Shown here: in pieces, positions 26,692 through 37,641 of the stretch
How the letters are laid out: each line of letters starts with the position of its first letter
Position numbering within the stretch: the first letter of the stretch is position 1
Source: a virus
Taxonomy: Duplodnaviria > Caudoviricetes
Direction: 5' to 3' (one strand)
IMG/VR virus record: IMGVR_UViG_3300033463_000027
Span: 75,525-139,524 of that record
DNA length: 64,000 bases
Notes under the pieces: model-generated
What the model was told of the DNA's origin: nothing
What the model saw: only the letters and a program-made list of their open reading frames with translations
Database searches by the model: none
Position numbers and translations under genes: made by a program

Positions 26692-28740
26692 ATGTCGTTT
26701 GAAAATTTTAGCAAGGCAGTAAGAGACAATTTTGCAAAGATGTCAAAAGAATCAACGAGACTTTTTACGGTTGATGTTGACAAAGATGAACTTTGGGAGC
26801 TTTATCTTTCCAGTTTTCCCACGGGGAAAAATCCCATCTATCGCGTAAATACAGAACATGATTGCTCTTGTTGTAGACACTTCATTAAAAGTGTTGGCAA
26901 CGTTGTAGCGATTAAGTCAGGTAAGGTTTATTCAATATGGGACGTTGATATAAATGATAAGGCTTATAAAGCGGTAGCAAATGCGTTGTCAACATATATA
27001 AAAAGACACGCCGTAAACAATGTATTTCTTACAAAAGAGACACGTTTAGGTACAATGTTATCTCGTGAAATTGTTGATAACAAGGTTATAACATACAATC
27101 ATTTTTATGTAGACCCGTTAAGTAGAGATATAGTACCTCGTAGTGCATCGGTAGATACAGAACTGAGCCAGTATCGTGATACAAAGAATGTTTTTAAGAG
27201 ATCATTGGAAGAGATAAGCTTGGACAGTGTTGAAACTGTTCTTGAACTGATAAAATCTAATACTCTGTATAAAGGTAATGAGTGGTTAAAAGCTCTTACA
27301 CAATTTGCCACATACAAGAAAAAATATGATGACTTGGCTGATGATAAACAGCGCGACTTGTACGCATGGGAACATTCTATCGAAGCAGGAATGGTTATAG
27401 GCAGAATAAGAAATCATTCTATTGGAGTTTTACTGACGAATATCTCTAATGGTATGGACTTAGACAATGCTGTAACACAGTATGAAAAGATAGTTGCTCC
27501 CAGCAATTACAAAAGACCCAAGGCAATTTTCACTCAAAAAATGCTTGATGAAGCAAAACAAACCATAACTGAACTTGGTTATCTGGATTCTTTACAGAGA
27601 AGATATGCTACGCTTGACGATATAACAGTGAATAATATCTTGTTCTCTAACAAGGATTCATCAAAGAGAATCGGAGGAGCAGGGGATATATTTTCTGAAA
27701 TGTCAAAAGAAGTTGTAACTTCAAAGCCTAAGAAATTTGACAGAATTGAAGAAGTATCTGCGGATAACTTTCTTAAAAACATTGTTCCGAACGCTCATGA
27801 AATTGAACTGTATTTTGAAAATAGGTTGACAAGTAATATGGTGTCGTTGATTGCCCCTACCATAAAGGACAGTAAGTCAATGTTTAAGTGGACTAATAAT
27901 TTTTCTTGGTCATATACAGGAAATATGACTGATAGTATGATGAAAGAAAGAGTGAAGTCTGCTGGTGGTAAGGTTGACGGTGTTCTGAGATTTTCAATTC
28001 AGTGGAACGATATAGACACAGGCAAAGATGACAACGATCTTGATGCTCATTGTATTACACCAAAAGGAACAGAAATTTATTATTCTCATAAACGCGATAG
28101 CATCACTGGCGGCGAGTTGGATATTGACGTTATCCACCCTCAAAATGAAGTTGCTGTTGAGAACATCACATGGGCTGATAAGAATAAAATGACAGAAGGT
28201 GTTTATCGTTTCTTTGTTCACCAATTCACCAACAGAGGTGGCAGAGATGGTTTCCGTGCTGAGATAGAATTTGATGGTCAGATTTATTCTTTTGATTACA
28301 GGAACGAATTAAGACAGAATGAAAAAGTTATGGTTGCGGAAGTAACTTATAAGAATGGTCAGTTTACTATTAAAGAACTTCTTCCCTCTTCGTTTAGTTC
28401 GCGAGAAGTTTGGGGATTAACTACAAACAATTTCATTCCTGTTTCGGTAATTTGTTTCAGTCCGAATTATTGGGACGAGCAGCAGGGAATAGGCAACAAA
28501 CATATCATGTTTATGCTTAAAGAATGTATCAATCCTGAATCTCCTAACGGATTCTTTAATGAATTTTTGAAAGAAGAACTTGTTAAACATAAGAGGGTGT
28601 TTGAAGCACTTGGTTCTAAGATGAAAGTCGCTGATTCAGATGACCAACTTTCAGGTGTAGGTTTCTGCTTGACAAAGAGAAATTATGTAGTCGTTAAGGT
28701 TAAAGGTAACATTGAAAGAATAATTAAGGTAATGTTTTAA
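26692..28740 (+). CDS. large conserved phage protein (682 aa) with YfaP/DUF2135-like internal motif
   Basis: DLDAHCITP..GGELDIDV..VENITW motif; N-terminal HDCSCC. Confidence 0.6.
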   Translation: MSFENFSKAVRDNFAKMSKESTRLFTVDVDKDELWELYLSSFPTGKNPIYRVNTEHDCSCCRHFIKSVGNVVAIKSGKVYSIWDVDINDKAYKAVANALSTYIKRHAVNNVFLTKETRLGTMLSREIVDNKVITYNHFYVDPLSRDIVPRSASVDTELSQYRDTKNVFKRSLEEISLDSVETVLELIKSNTLYKGNEWLKALTQFATYKKKYDDLADDKQRDLYAWEHSIEAGMVIGRIRNHSIGVLLTNISNGMDLDNAVTQYEKIVAPSNYKRPKAIFTQKMLDEAKQTITELGYLDSLQRRYATLDDITVNNILFSNKDSSKRIGGAGDIFSEMSKEVVTSKPKKFDRIEEVSADNFLKNIVPNAHEIELYFENRLTSNMVSLIAPTIKDSKSMFKWTNNFSWSYTGNMTDSMMKERVKSAGGKVDGVLRFSIQWNDIDTGKDDNDLDAHCITPKGTEIYYSHKRDSITGGELDIDVIHPQNEVAVENITWADKNKMTEGVYRFFVHQFTNRGGRDGFRAEIEFDGQIYSFDYRNELRQNEKVMVAEVTYKNGQFTIKELLPSSFSSREVWGLTTNNFIPVSVICFSPNYWDEQQGIGNKHIMFMLKECINPESPNGFFNEFLKEELVKHKRVFEALGSKMKVADSDDQLSGVGFCLTKRNYVVVKVKGNIERIIKVMF

Positions 28741-28753
28741 GGAGGAAGTTACT

Positions 28754-29125
28754 ATGGATATATTTGAATACGCCGCAGAAAACAAGTTGCGTTTCCCTTA
28801 TAAGGGCAGTATTTCAACAGAAGATTTGTATGATCTTGGTGTTGAAGAACTTGACATGATTTTCAAAACATTAAATCGTGAGGTTAAGAAAAGTAATGAG
28901 GAATCTTTACTTGCAAAGAGATCTGATGCAGATACCAAGCTGAACGTTAAGATTGAAATTATCAAGAAGATTGTTTCTAAGAAACTTGCTGAGATAGAAG
29001 AAAGCAAGAACGCTATTATGAAGAAGCACAAGAATGAAAAGATAATGGAATTGATTGCTCAGAAGCAAGACGAGAATCTTAGAAGTCTTTCAATTGATGA
29101 GCTGAAAAAGATGTTGGAAGATTGA
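28754..29125 (+). CDS. conserved coiled-coil phage protein, likely partner of the upstream gene
   Basis: KLRFPYKG.ISTEDLYDL motif, AAGGAGG RBS. Confidence 0.7.
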   Translation: MDIFEYAAENKLRFPYKGSISTEDLYDLGVEELDMIFKTLNREVKKSNEESLLAKRSDADTKLNVKIEIIKKIVSKKLAEIEESKNAIMKKHKNEKIMELIAQKQDENLRSLSIDELKKMLED

Positions 29126-29308
29126 ATAAATAGCTTGTTAATGCAATGTGTGAAATCCACGACATTATGAGTTACAGTCTCATATCAGCTTTTAATAAGG
29201 GTGAAAGTTTGGTTCGATTCCGGGCTACCAGAAGTGACTGGTGCTGGTCTTACCTTGGAGTATTGCAATATCTCTTATTAATGACAGCTCGGAAAGACGA
29301 GCATTATC

Positions 29309-29397
29309 GGTAGCGTAGACAAATTGGTTATAGTCGGGGTGGGAACCACCCTCTCCAAAGTACACGGAGTTTGCAAGTTCGAGCCTTGCCGCTGCCA
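29309..29397 (+). tRNA. tRNA-like gene with aberrant anticodon loop (class II body)
   Basis: GGTAGCG/CGCTGCC acceptor, D arm, long variable arm, GCAAG-TTCGAGC-CTTGC; anticodon arm GGGTGG-GAA-CCACCC. Confidence 0.75.
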
Positions 29398-29522
29398 CTA
29401 TAACTTTTTACAATCTGCTTTGCAGTTGACATAGATATCCTCAAAAGAAAGGAGTATGGATATTTGCTAATGGTTTAGTCGTAAAGTGTAAAAAGAATTA
29501 TTAAATGAAAGGAAGAAATTAA

Positions 29523-30548
29523 ATGGCTGAGATTAAAACTAAACATGGTTTGCAGGAAACAAAAGGATCGTTTCAGCTTCGCGGTATCGTTAATGGCGTA
29601 GACCGCGATAGTTTTTACAAAGAGATAACTACCAAGTCCAACAAGTCTATGAGAATGGTCAACTTCGGTGCAGAGGTGGATAAGGGTAAGACAATTTATG
29701 TTACCATTAATGGTATGGAAAGAGATAAAGTTTATTTCTCTACCAAGCAGAATGACAAAACTGTTGTTGAAGCGGTTGATTGGGACAAGAGAAAGACCTT
29801 TAAAAAGAAGGATTATAACCTGATTGGTATAAGGCTGGGTCTTAAAAAGGTAGTAAATAAAGAAGGCAAGGAAGTTAATGATAAGCAGACTATGACCGAG
29901 TTTGATGCCTGTGAATACATTGATGAGAACTTGACTGATGATGTTGCGGTTTATACCAGAGGTAAGGTCGAGTTTAGCACCTATAATGACAAGCACTATA
30001 CCAAGTTTGTTCCCGAACAGATTTCGCTTTGCAAACCCATTGACTTTGAAGATGACGATTTTGAATCGCTTGCTAACTTTGAACAGACTATCATTCTGAC
30101 TGGCGTTACCAAGAATGAAGATGGTACGTTTACTGTTAATGGCAAGGTTGTTACTTATAATACTATTGAGGACGTTGAATTTTTCATCTCTGAACAGAAA
30201 CAGAAACTTGCTAAGACATTAAAGAAACTCAATCCCTATACCGCGTTAAAGGTCTTTGGTAATATCGTTGTTGAGCAGGAAGTTGACACTGTTGAGGACG
30301 ATGATGACGCATGGGGCGACCCCAACCCTATGAATAGAATATCTAATCCTACGCAGAGGAAGATGTTTATTACAGGCGCAGACAAAGACAGCCTTGATAC
30401 TGAACTTTATTCTGAGGAATCAGTCGAAGCTGCAATTGCCAAGCTGAACGCCGATAAGAAGGCAGACAAAGACTTTGGTTCTTCTGATACTGACGATTGG
30501 GGTAGCGTTGGTGATAGTAGTTCAGATGATGACGATGAATGGGATTAA
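29523..30548 (+). CDS. single-stranded DNA-binding protein (OB-fold, acidic tail)
   Basis: Acidic C-terminus DDDDEWD; first gene of the replication module. Confidence 0.65.
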   Translation: MAEIKTKHGLQETKGSFQLRGIVNGVDRDSFYKEITTKSNKSMRMVNFGAEVDKGKTIYVTINGMERDKVYFSTKQNDKTVVEAVDWDKRKTFKKKDYNLIGIRLGLKKVVNKEGKEVNDKQTMTEFDACEYIDENLTDDVAVYTRGKVEFSTYNDKHYTKFVPEQISLCKPIDFEDDDFESLANFEQTIILTGVTKNEDGTFTVNGKVVTYNTIEDVEFFISEQKQKLAKTLKKLNPYTALKVFGNIVVEQEVDTVEDDDDAWGDPNPMNRISNPTQRKMFITGADKDSLDTELYSEESVEAAIAKLNADKKADKDFGSSDTDDWGSVGDSSSDDDDEWD

Positions 30549-30561
30549 GAAGTGATGTTTA

Positions 30562-31587
30562 GTGGTTAAAGTTAAGAAAGATTTAACTGGTCAAAAGTTT
30601 GGTAGGCTTACTGTTATAGGACAGGCAGAGGATTATGTGAATTCGAATACTGGCAAACATTCTGCAAAATGGGAGTGCCAATGTGAATGTGGAAACACTA
30701 AAGTTGTAGTGCGTAATGACTTATGTTCTGGAAAGACACTATCTTGTGGTTGCTTAAATAAAGACATTCTTCATAGTCGTGCTTCTGCTTTTAGGATTGG
30801 TGAAAATTCCTATACCAAATATGGGACTAAAGCTACTATTCTCGATTACAAAAATTCTCATGATGTGCTAATTGAATTTGAAGATCGGTTCCATTATCAA
30901 TATGTAACAAGCTACAAAAACTTTATTAATGGTAATATTATCAATCCTTATGATAAAAATGTTTATGGAGTTGGTTGCTTTGGTGTTGGAGAATATGATT
31001 CTAAAAATGAAGCATATTCTGTATGGTATAATATGATAGAACGCTGCTATAAACAGTCAAGAGGAAAAGCAGATGAATCATATATCGGTTGTACAACTTG
31101 TGAAGAATGGCACATTTATCAAAATTTTGCAAAATGGTACAATGAAAATTCTTATCCATGTTCTGAAACATTAATGATTGATAAAGATTTTATGGGTGTT
31201 AAGAATAAAAGATATTCTCCACAAACTTGTATCTTAGTTCCTAAGACTTTAAATTTAGCCTTGATTAATTCTTTAAGAGAAAAACCAAGAGTAGATGAAA
31301 ACAGAGATTTACCCATAGGGGTGGAAAAAAATAAGAATAAGTATATATCTCGTATTTCTGTAGGAAGAAATACAATTTCACTTGGCTCTTATTCCACCAT
31401 AGCAGAAGCTAAAATCTCATATCAACAGGCTAAAAAAGAATACTTATTATCTTTAACATTAAAATACAAAGATATAATGCCTACCAATCTTTATGAAAAA
31501 ATAACTAATCAGATCATAACAATTTATAGTTCAAAGGAGAATGATACAGATGGCAACAGCAAGAAAAGCATCAAGTACACAGAGTAA
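30562..31587 (+). CDS. free-standing homing endonuclease (HNH/AP2 type)
   Basis: DLTGQKFGRLTV..WECQCECG..SCGC, CEEW..YQNFAKW, IDKD..YSPQTC, AP2-like C-terminus. Confidence 0.8.
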   Translation: MVKVKKDLTGQKFGRLTVIGQAEDYVNSNTGKHSAKWECQCECGNTKVVVRNDLCSGKTLSCGCLNKDILHSRASAFRIGENSYTKYGTKATILDYKNSHDVLIEFEDRFHYQYVTSYKNFINGNIINPYDKNVYGVGCFGVGEYDSKNEAYSVWYNMIERCYKQSRGKADESYIGCTTCEEWHIYQNFAKWYNENSYPCSETLMIDKDFMGVKNKRYSPQTCILVPKTLNLALINSLREKPRVDENRDLPIGVEKNKNKYISRISVGRNTISLGSYSTIAEAKISYQQAKKEYLLSLTLKYKDIMPTNLYEKITNQIITIYSSKENDTDGNSKKSIKYTE

Positions 31588-32728
31588 GTTGGCAATGTTG
31601 CTTTATGGTAGTCCTTTTAGTGGCAAGACCACTTTGGCATTACAGTTGGCATATTTTAAGAATCCTGATGGTTCGCCTTTTAAGATTCTATATATAGATA
31701 GCGAGGGTGGTGGTGCAGATGATTATATTCCAGACCTTGAAGCCAATGGGGTAGACCTTGACAATATTTATATTGTATATACTCAGAGTTTGGGAGAAGT
31801 TCAAGAGCTTATTCGCAAGGCTAAGACTGGTGAAAATTTTCATGAACTTGACGAGCAGGGCAATGAGACAGATAAAATAGTTTTAGACGCACAGGGTAAA
31901 CCATTTAATCCAGATGCTATTATTATTGATGGTACTTCAATACTTAACCTCAGCGCTAAACAATCTCTTGTAGAATTTTCTAAGAAAAGAAGTAATGTTC
32001 GTGCCAAATCAAAGGGTTTGGTAGGAGAAGAAAGATTGGTTGCTGTTGGTTCAGCATTTTTGGAACTTCGTGACTACAATATACTTGCATTTAAGGGTCA
32101 GAATTTAATATTAGACCTTATGGGTTGTGGTAAACATTTTGTTATAACTGCAAGAGAAACAGATGAAAAGGTTTCTGTTAAACAGAATGATGGTAGTGTT
32201 ACAAGTGTAGCCACTGGAAACAAGATAGCCGAGGGTTTTAAAGGACTTGACTATAATGTTAAGACTGTAATTAGAATGTTCCGCGATGAAGATGGTCAGG
32301 TTTGCGCTCATGTACAAAAGGATAGAACACATATTCATGATGATAACGTCATAATCGACGATCCTTCTTTGATTGATTGGCAGGAAGTAATTGACAAAAC
32401 TGCAAAAAATAAAGCATTTGTAGTTAAGAATAGCCTTGTACAGTCAGTAGAAAAGGAACAGGATATTTATGAGCGTGAGGTTCTTGGTCGTGAGGGAAAA
32501 CCCATTGATACTATAACCGATGAATCCGATGAGTTAATTTCCAATAATACGGTCTCTACTATAATTGACGAGATCAATTCTAAGATGAAATCTTTCAGCG
32601 TTACAAATAAGAACGTAGCTAAGAAGGCTCTTGAAGATAAAGGACTTCCTGCCAGTCCGAAGGCAATAAAGGCAGAGACTTCCGAGGACACTCTTAAACA
32701 GGTTCTTGAAGTGCTTAATAACGTATAA
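31550..32728 (+). CDS. Sak4-like/AAA recombination ATPase
   Basis: Walker A YGSPFSGKTT, YIDSEGG, Walker B IIIDG. Confidence 0.8.
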   Translation: MATARKASSTQSKLAMLLYGSPFSGKTTLALQLAYFKNPDGSPFKILYIDSEGGGADDYIPDLEANGVDLDNIYIVYTQSLGEVQELIRKAKTGENFHELDEQGNETDKIVLDAQGKPFNPDAIIIDGTSILNLSAKQSLVEFSKKRSNVRAKSKGLVGEERLVAVGSAFLELRDYNILAFKGQNLILDLMGCGKHFVITARETDEKVSVKQNDGSVTSVATGNKIAEGFKGLDYNVKTVIRMFRDEDGQVCAHVQKDRTHIHDDNVIIDDPSLIDWQEVIDKTAKNKAFVVKNSLVQSVEKEQDIYEREVLGREGKPIDTITDESDELISNNTVSTIIDEINSKMKSFSVTNKNVAKKALEDKGLPASPKAIKAETSEDTLKQVLEVLNNV

Positions 32729-32736
32729 AAAGAGAA

Positions 32737-32790
32737 TAAAGGGGTTACAACTTAATACGATAAAGGTTGTGACCCCTTATTTTTTTTATT
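32737..32790 (+). terminator. intrinsic terminator/attenuator
   Basis: AGGGGTTACAAC/GTTGTGACCCCT stem followed by T8. Confidence 0.75.
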
Positions 32791-32813
32791 CTTTTTACAA
32801 GGCGGTGAGCAAT

Positions 32814-33344
32814 ATGCCCAAAGCAAATTCAAATACAAAACCAAAAGCTGCAAAAGCACCAAAGGTTAATCAGAAAACATTAACCGATTGGATTTATAAA
32901 ACTTATGATGTAGACCAATTACCCAAACATTTTTTCATGCACATTGCATCAATTAAAAAGGGCAAGTATAAAGGGCAGAGACAGCCGATTTCGGTTGCTG
33001 ATTTATTGGATATGTGGCAGAGGTCAATGCCAAAATTAGAAAAAATTTATGCACAAAACTGTAGTCGTGGCAAAGTGATGGAAGGTTATGCGAGAATAAG
33101 TTATGATCTTTCAATAGTAATGTCAAGACATAGTAGCTATTTGGCGTGGAAGTTGGAACAAGAAGCCAAACGCAAAGAGGAAGAAAGCAAAGCTGATAGG
33201 ACTGACTACGCTAAGGCGTATGAGCAAATAGAAGAAAATCGTCAAATCAACAATGACACTCCTTCACAGCATAAAGTCTTATACAAATCTGGTATTGAAG
33301 ATATATCAGAAGTTCTTGATGAAATGTGGGTGAGTGATGATTGA
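32814..33344 (+). CDS. hypothetical replication protein upstream of helicase
   Basis: ATG 32814 after GGCGGTG RBS; overlaps helicase start. Confidence 0.65.
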   Translation: MPKANSNTKPKAAKAPKVNQKTLTDWIYKTYDVDQLPKHFFMHIASIKKGKYKGQRQPISVADLLDMWQRSMPKLEKIYAQNCSRGKVMEGYARISYDLSIVMSRHSSYLAWKLEQEAKRKEEESKADRTDYAKAYEQIEENRQINNDTPSQHKVLYKSGIEDISEVLDEMWVSDD

Positions 33345-34870
33345 GTGAAGTAATCGCAAATATAACCAACGAGATATTGATGGTTGGAAGTATCTATAAG
33401 AATCCCGACTTGCTGATTGAATATGGCGCACATATAAGAAGCAAGTATGACTTTGCTGATGAAGCCACAAAATTCTTCTACGACAATGCAGAGAATATGT
33501 ATTATCATCATACCCATACGTTTTCTAAAACAACAATCAATACTTACTTTGCAAGTGATACAAGCAAACTAAATCAGTTTAAGAAGTTTGGTGGATATAA
33601 AACTATTGCAAACTGGATTGAACTTGCAGTAGTTGAGGATATCGACAAAACATTTGATGTCCTCAAAAAATATTCTTTACTTAGGGAATATCAACGACAA
33701 GGATTTAACATAGATCGAATTGTTGAAAACAAACGCTTTGAACAGTTTGATGCCTTAGACATTTATCGCATGGTCAGAGGTATGGCTGACAGGGTACATA
33801 CTGTTATCTTAACAAATCAAGAGAGTGAGATTTTAAATGAGAATCTATCGGAAATGGTAAATGAACATTTGATTTCGCCTGATATGGGAATCTACTTACC
33901 CTTTCCAATACTTAATGATTTGTTTCGAGGGGTTAAATACCAAACTATGACTTGTGTTGGTATGCTTTCTAATGCGGGTAAGTCACGATTTATGTTTAGA
34001 ATACTTGCCAATCTTGCGCTTGTTAAAAAACAAAAGGTTGGAGTTCTTCTTAATGAGATGACGGTTTCCCGTATGAAACTTTGTCTGTTGATTTCTGTAA
34101 TTAATAATGAAGAGTTTAAAGCCCTACATGGTGTAAACATTTCTAAGAAAGAAAAAGAAGTTGCTATGGGTCTTTATCGAGATTCAAAAGGTGAGTTTAT
34201 TTATCGCAAGAAAGATGAATGGGGAGAGTTTTCTGAGACTGTTGAAGAATATCAAACACGTTTAATTAATGAATCTGAGGAATACAATAATGTAGTCAAG
34301 GTTGCTCAGTGGATTGAGAAAGAAACTGAGGGATTAATTTATGCCAAAGATGTTAGTTCTTGTTATGATGATAAATCGTTAGAACATGAAATACGCAAAC
34401 TCAATTTAGTCAATGGCGTTCGTCTATTTTTCTATGATACTCTTAAACAGGATACCTCGGCTATGGGTGATTGGGCTGCGTTAAAAACAACAGCCACGAT
34501 GTTGTCTCAGCTCACAAGAGAATTAGATTGTTTTATATATGGCTCTATTCAACTTGTAGATGAAGCAAACTATATAAAACCTCATGAACTTACTTCAAGC
34601 CAAATTGCAGGAGCAAAACAGATTAAACACGTTTTGGATAATCTTCTTTTCTTTAAAGAGATTCAACCAAATGAAAAAACCAAGTATCAATATTTGCAGC
34701 ATAACCCCGATTGGGGCGAAGATGTTCCTTGTGATCTGAAAGCTGATAAACGCTATTATCTTTGTACTGTTGACAAGAACAGAGAAAGCGAGAAAAAGAA
34801 AATCATATTTGAGCTTGACCTTAATTTAAACACTTGGGTTGAACTTGGTGAAATGATTCTAAAAAGGTAG
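33341..34870 (+). CDS. DnaB-like replicative helicase
   Basis: SNAGKSR Walker A, LNEM, FYDTLK, IAGAKQIK, DKNR motifs. Confidence 0.85.
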   Translation: MSEVIANITNEILMVGSIYKNPDLLIEYGAHIRSKYDFADEATKFFYDNAENMYYHHTHTFSKTTINTYFASDTSKLNQFKKFGGYKTIANWIELAVVEDIDKTFDVLKKYSLLREYQRQGFNIDRIVENKRFEQFDALDIYRMVRGMADRVHTVILTNQESEILNENLSEMVNEHLISPDMGIYLPFPILNDLFRGVKYQTMTCVGMLSNAGKSRFMFRILANLALVKKQKVGVLLNEMTVSRMKLCLLISVINNEEFKALHGVNISKKEKEVAMGLYRDSKGEFIYRKKDEWGEFSETVEEYQTRLINESEEYNNVVKVAQWIEKETEGLIYAKDVSSCYDDKSLEHEIRKLNLVNGVRLFFYDTLKQDTSAMGDWAALKTTATMLSQLTRELDCFIYGSIQLVDEANYIKPHELTSSQIAGAKQIKHVLDNLLFFKEIQPNEKTKYQYLQHNPDWGEDVPCDLKADKRYYLCTVDKNRESEKKKIIFELDLNLNTWVELGEMILKR

Positions 34871-34880
34871 GTGATACAAT

Positions 34881-35900
34881 TTGGATATAGAATATGTTAA
34901 GAATTACATTCTTGAAAATTCTTTTATCCCTACCATTTTAGAAAAACTTGGTTGCCATCACATAAGGTATTGCGGAGAGTATTACAAATGTGCAAATCCC
35001 GATGGGGATAATAGTGGGGCTATAACAATTTATTGCACCGAGAATCTTACCACAATAGATTACACTCGACAGCTCTCACAAGACGATAGAACGCATGATA
35101 TTTTTGACCTTGTTAAATTCTTTGAACAATGCAACTTTTTTCAGGCTTTAAAAACCGTTTGTGAATGGATTGAACTGGATTATTATGTTGACCCCGAAGC
35201 AGAGTTACCTGAGAGCATTAAACTCACACAACTTATTTATAATCTCCAAAAAGAAGATGATGAGATTAACGAGGATAAGCCTATTAAACCTATTCCTGAA
35301 ACAATACTATCTTATTATAAAACCTATGTCAATGATATGTTCCATAATGATAGTATCTCTTATGAGGTTCAAAGAGAATTTGAGATTGGTTATGATGATT
35401 TTTCCAATCGCATTACCATTCCCATTAGAGATGAGATTGGTTCTCTTGTAGGGGTTAAAGGCAGATTGTTTCAAAAAGAAATTGCAGAGGACGAAATGAA
35501 ATACCTTTACATTGAGCCATGCAATAGGTCGCAGATACTTTATGGATTACATAAATCCATTCCCTATATTGAACGAACTGGTAAAGTGTATGTGTGTGAA
35601 TCTGAAAAGGGAGTATTACAGTTATGGTCAATGGGGATAAGTAATTGTGTAGCTACCGGGGGTAAGCGTGTAAGCCGAGTACAGATTGAAAAGCTGACAA
35701 GGTTATGCTGTGAGGTAATCTTCTTATTTGATAAGGACGTTAATCGAGAAGAATTAGAATTATTGGCTAATAGGTTTCTTGATAGCGTACCTTTATATGC
35801 TGTTATTGACAACGGTAATATTCTTGATGAAAAAGAAAGTCCCACAGATAATCCCGAAAAATTTCAGCGATTAATTCAAAACATAGAAAGATTGAGGTAA
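34881..35900 (+). CDS. DNA primase (TOPRIM)
   Basis: RITIPIRD..LVGVKGR, KYLY, LYGL, VCESEK, FDKD. Confidence 0.85.
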   Translation: MDIEYVKNYILENSFIPTILEKLGCHHIRYCGEYYKCANPDGDNSGAITIYCTENLTTIDYTRQLSQDDRTHDIFDLVKFFEQCNFFQALKTVCEWIELDYYVDPEAELPESIKLTQLIYNLQKEDDEINEDKPIKPIPETILSYYKTYVNDMFHNDSISYEVQREFEIGYDDFSNRITIPIRDEIGSLVGVKGRLFQKEIAEDEMKYLYIEPCNRSQILYGLHKSIPYIERTGKVYVCESEKGVLQLWSMGISNCVATGGKRVSRVQIEKLTRLCCEVIFLFDKDVNREELELLANRFLDSVPLYAVIDNGNILDEKESPTDNPEKFQRLIQNIERLR

Positions 35901-35904
35901 ATAT

Positions 35905-37641
35905 ATGAATTTCAAATTGATTGGTAGTAATAACATAGATGATGTAAAAACTACCTTCTTTAATAATAGGAGTATTCAAGACGTTAAGGGCTATTGTAAT
36001 TTAGATAGCTCTTGCGTGAACGATCCTCGTAATTTAGATAATATAGACAAAGCAGTACAAACTTTTATCAATGGGTTGGATAAAGAAATTGCAATCGTTG
36101 TTGACTGCGATACTGATGGTGTTATGTCAGCGGCAATGCTGTATAATTACATTAAATTTGCCAAGCCTGATGCTAAAATTACCTATTTATTGCATGAAGG
36201 CAAGCAACATGGACTGTCAGATGACATAAAAATCCCCGATAAAACTGAACTTTTATTGCTACCAGATGCGGGTACAAATGACGTAAAAAAGTGCAAGCAA
36301 CTACAAGATATGGGGGTCGAGATTGTTATTCTTGACCATCACATACAAGAAGTTGAAAATTCCTATGCAATCGTGGTAAACAATCAATGTAGTGAACGCT
36401 ATACTAATAAAGAATTATGTGGCGCTGGCGTAGTATATCAATTTCTTAGACTTGTAGATGAAGAATTATGGCTTGACTACGCCGATACTCTCTTAGACCT
36501 GTGTGCTATTGCTAACATAGCTGACGTAATGGATATGCGTTCATTTGAGACAAAGTATTTTGTTGAACGTGGTCTTTCTCAAATCGTCAACTCAGGACTT
36601 GAAGCATTTATAAATGGACAAGGTTATCAAATAAAGGGCAATCCAACAATTCATGATATAGAGTGGTTCGTATCACCTTTAATCAATGCAGTCTGCCGAG
36701 TGGGTACACAAGAAGATAAAGACATTGTGTTCAAATCATTTATCGGAGATGAATCAGAAGAATACTCTGCCAAAAAGAAAGACCCCGATACAGGAAAGTT
36801 TGTTACCATTCAAGAAAACATTTACGACCATGCTTTTAGAGTGGCAAAGAATTGTAAATCAAGACAGGATTCGGTTGTTAAAAAATTAATGCCACAAGTA
36901 GAACAATGGATAGATACTCATGGAGCTGCGAATAATGCAGTTATCTTTGGCAGACTTCCAAGTGATATTGACAATGTATATACTGGCTTGGTAGCCATTA
37001 AGATTGCCAATGAGTATAGAAAGCCCACCCTTATTTTACGTAAAGAGGGAAATAACTGGAAGGGTTCTGGCAGAAACTTTGATAACTGTCCTCTTGAAAA
37101 CTTTAAGGAATTGCTTGATAAGTCTAAACAGTTTAAGTATGCAGCGGGTCATAATGGTGCGTTTGGTGTCATGATTGATGGTAATAACGTAGAAACTGCC
37201 ATAACATATTGTAATGACCAGTGTAAAGATATAGACTTTAGTTCTGTTAAAGTTGATTTTTCGCTTGATTATGAAGATTTGGATATAAGATTTATCATAG
37301 ATGTAGATAAACTCAAAGATTATTTTGGTACAGGGTTGAAAGAACCAATAGTGCATATTCGCAATGTTGCATTAAAACGTAATCAAGGTGTTGTCATAGG
37401 TAAACAGAGTACAACTTGGAAATTTACTGATGATAATGATATTGTATTCTTAAAGTTTCTTAATCCCGAAGATGATCCTGTATTAAAGTTTCTAAATGAC
37501 GAAGATGAATATGCCGAAGATGCTATTATTATTCAGGATATGATTTGTAAGGTAAGTTTTTCTGAATACAATAAAATTCTGTCAGCACAAGTTCAAGTGC
37601 TAAGTTATGAGGTTTGGGGGACTGCTTTTAATGTACAGTAG
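35905..37641 (+). CDS. recJ: RecJ-like ssDNA exonuclease (DHH)
   Basis: DCDTDG, LDHH, LCGAGV, GSGR, AGH..AFG. Confidence 0.9.
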   Translation: MNFKLIGSNNIDDVKTTFFNNRSIQDVKGYCNLDSSCVNDPRNLDNIDKAVQTFINGLDKEIAIVVDCDTDGVMSAAMLYNYIKFAKPDAKITYLLHEGKQHGLSDDIKIPDKTELLLLPDAGTNDVKKCKQLQDMGVEIVILDHHIQEVENSYAIVVNNQCSERYTNKELCGAGVVYQFLRLVDEELWLDYADTLLDLCAIANIADVMDMRSFETKYFVERGLSQIVNSGLEAFINGQGYQIKGNPTIHDIEWFVSPLINAVCRVGTQEDKDIVFKSFIGDESEEYSAKKKDPDTGKFVTIQENIYDHAFRVAKNCKSRQDSVVKKLMPQVEQWIDTHGAANNAVIFGRLPSDIDNVYTGLVAIKIANEYRKPTLILRKEGNNWKGSGRNFDNCPLENFKELLDKSKQFKYAAGHNGAFGVMIDGNNVETAITYCNDQCKDIDFSSVKVDFSLDYEDLDIRFIIDVDKLKDYFGTGLKEPIVHIRNVALKRNQGVVIGKQSTTWKFTDDNDIVFLKFLNPEDDPVLKFLNDEDEYAEDAIIIQDMICKVSFSEYNKILSAQVQVLSYEVWGTAFNVQ

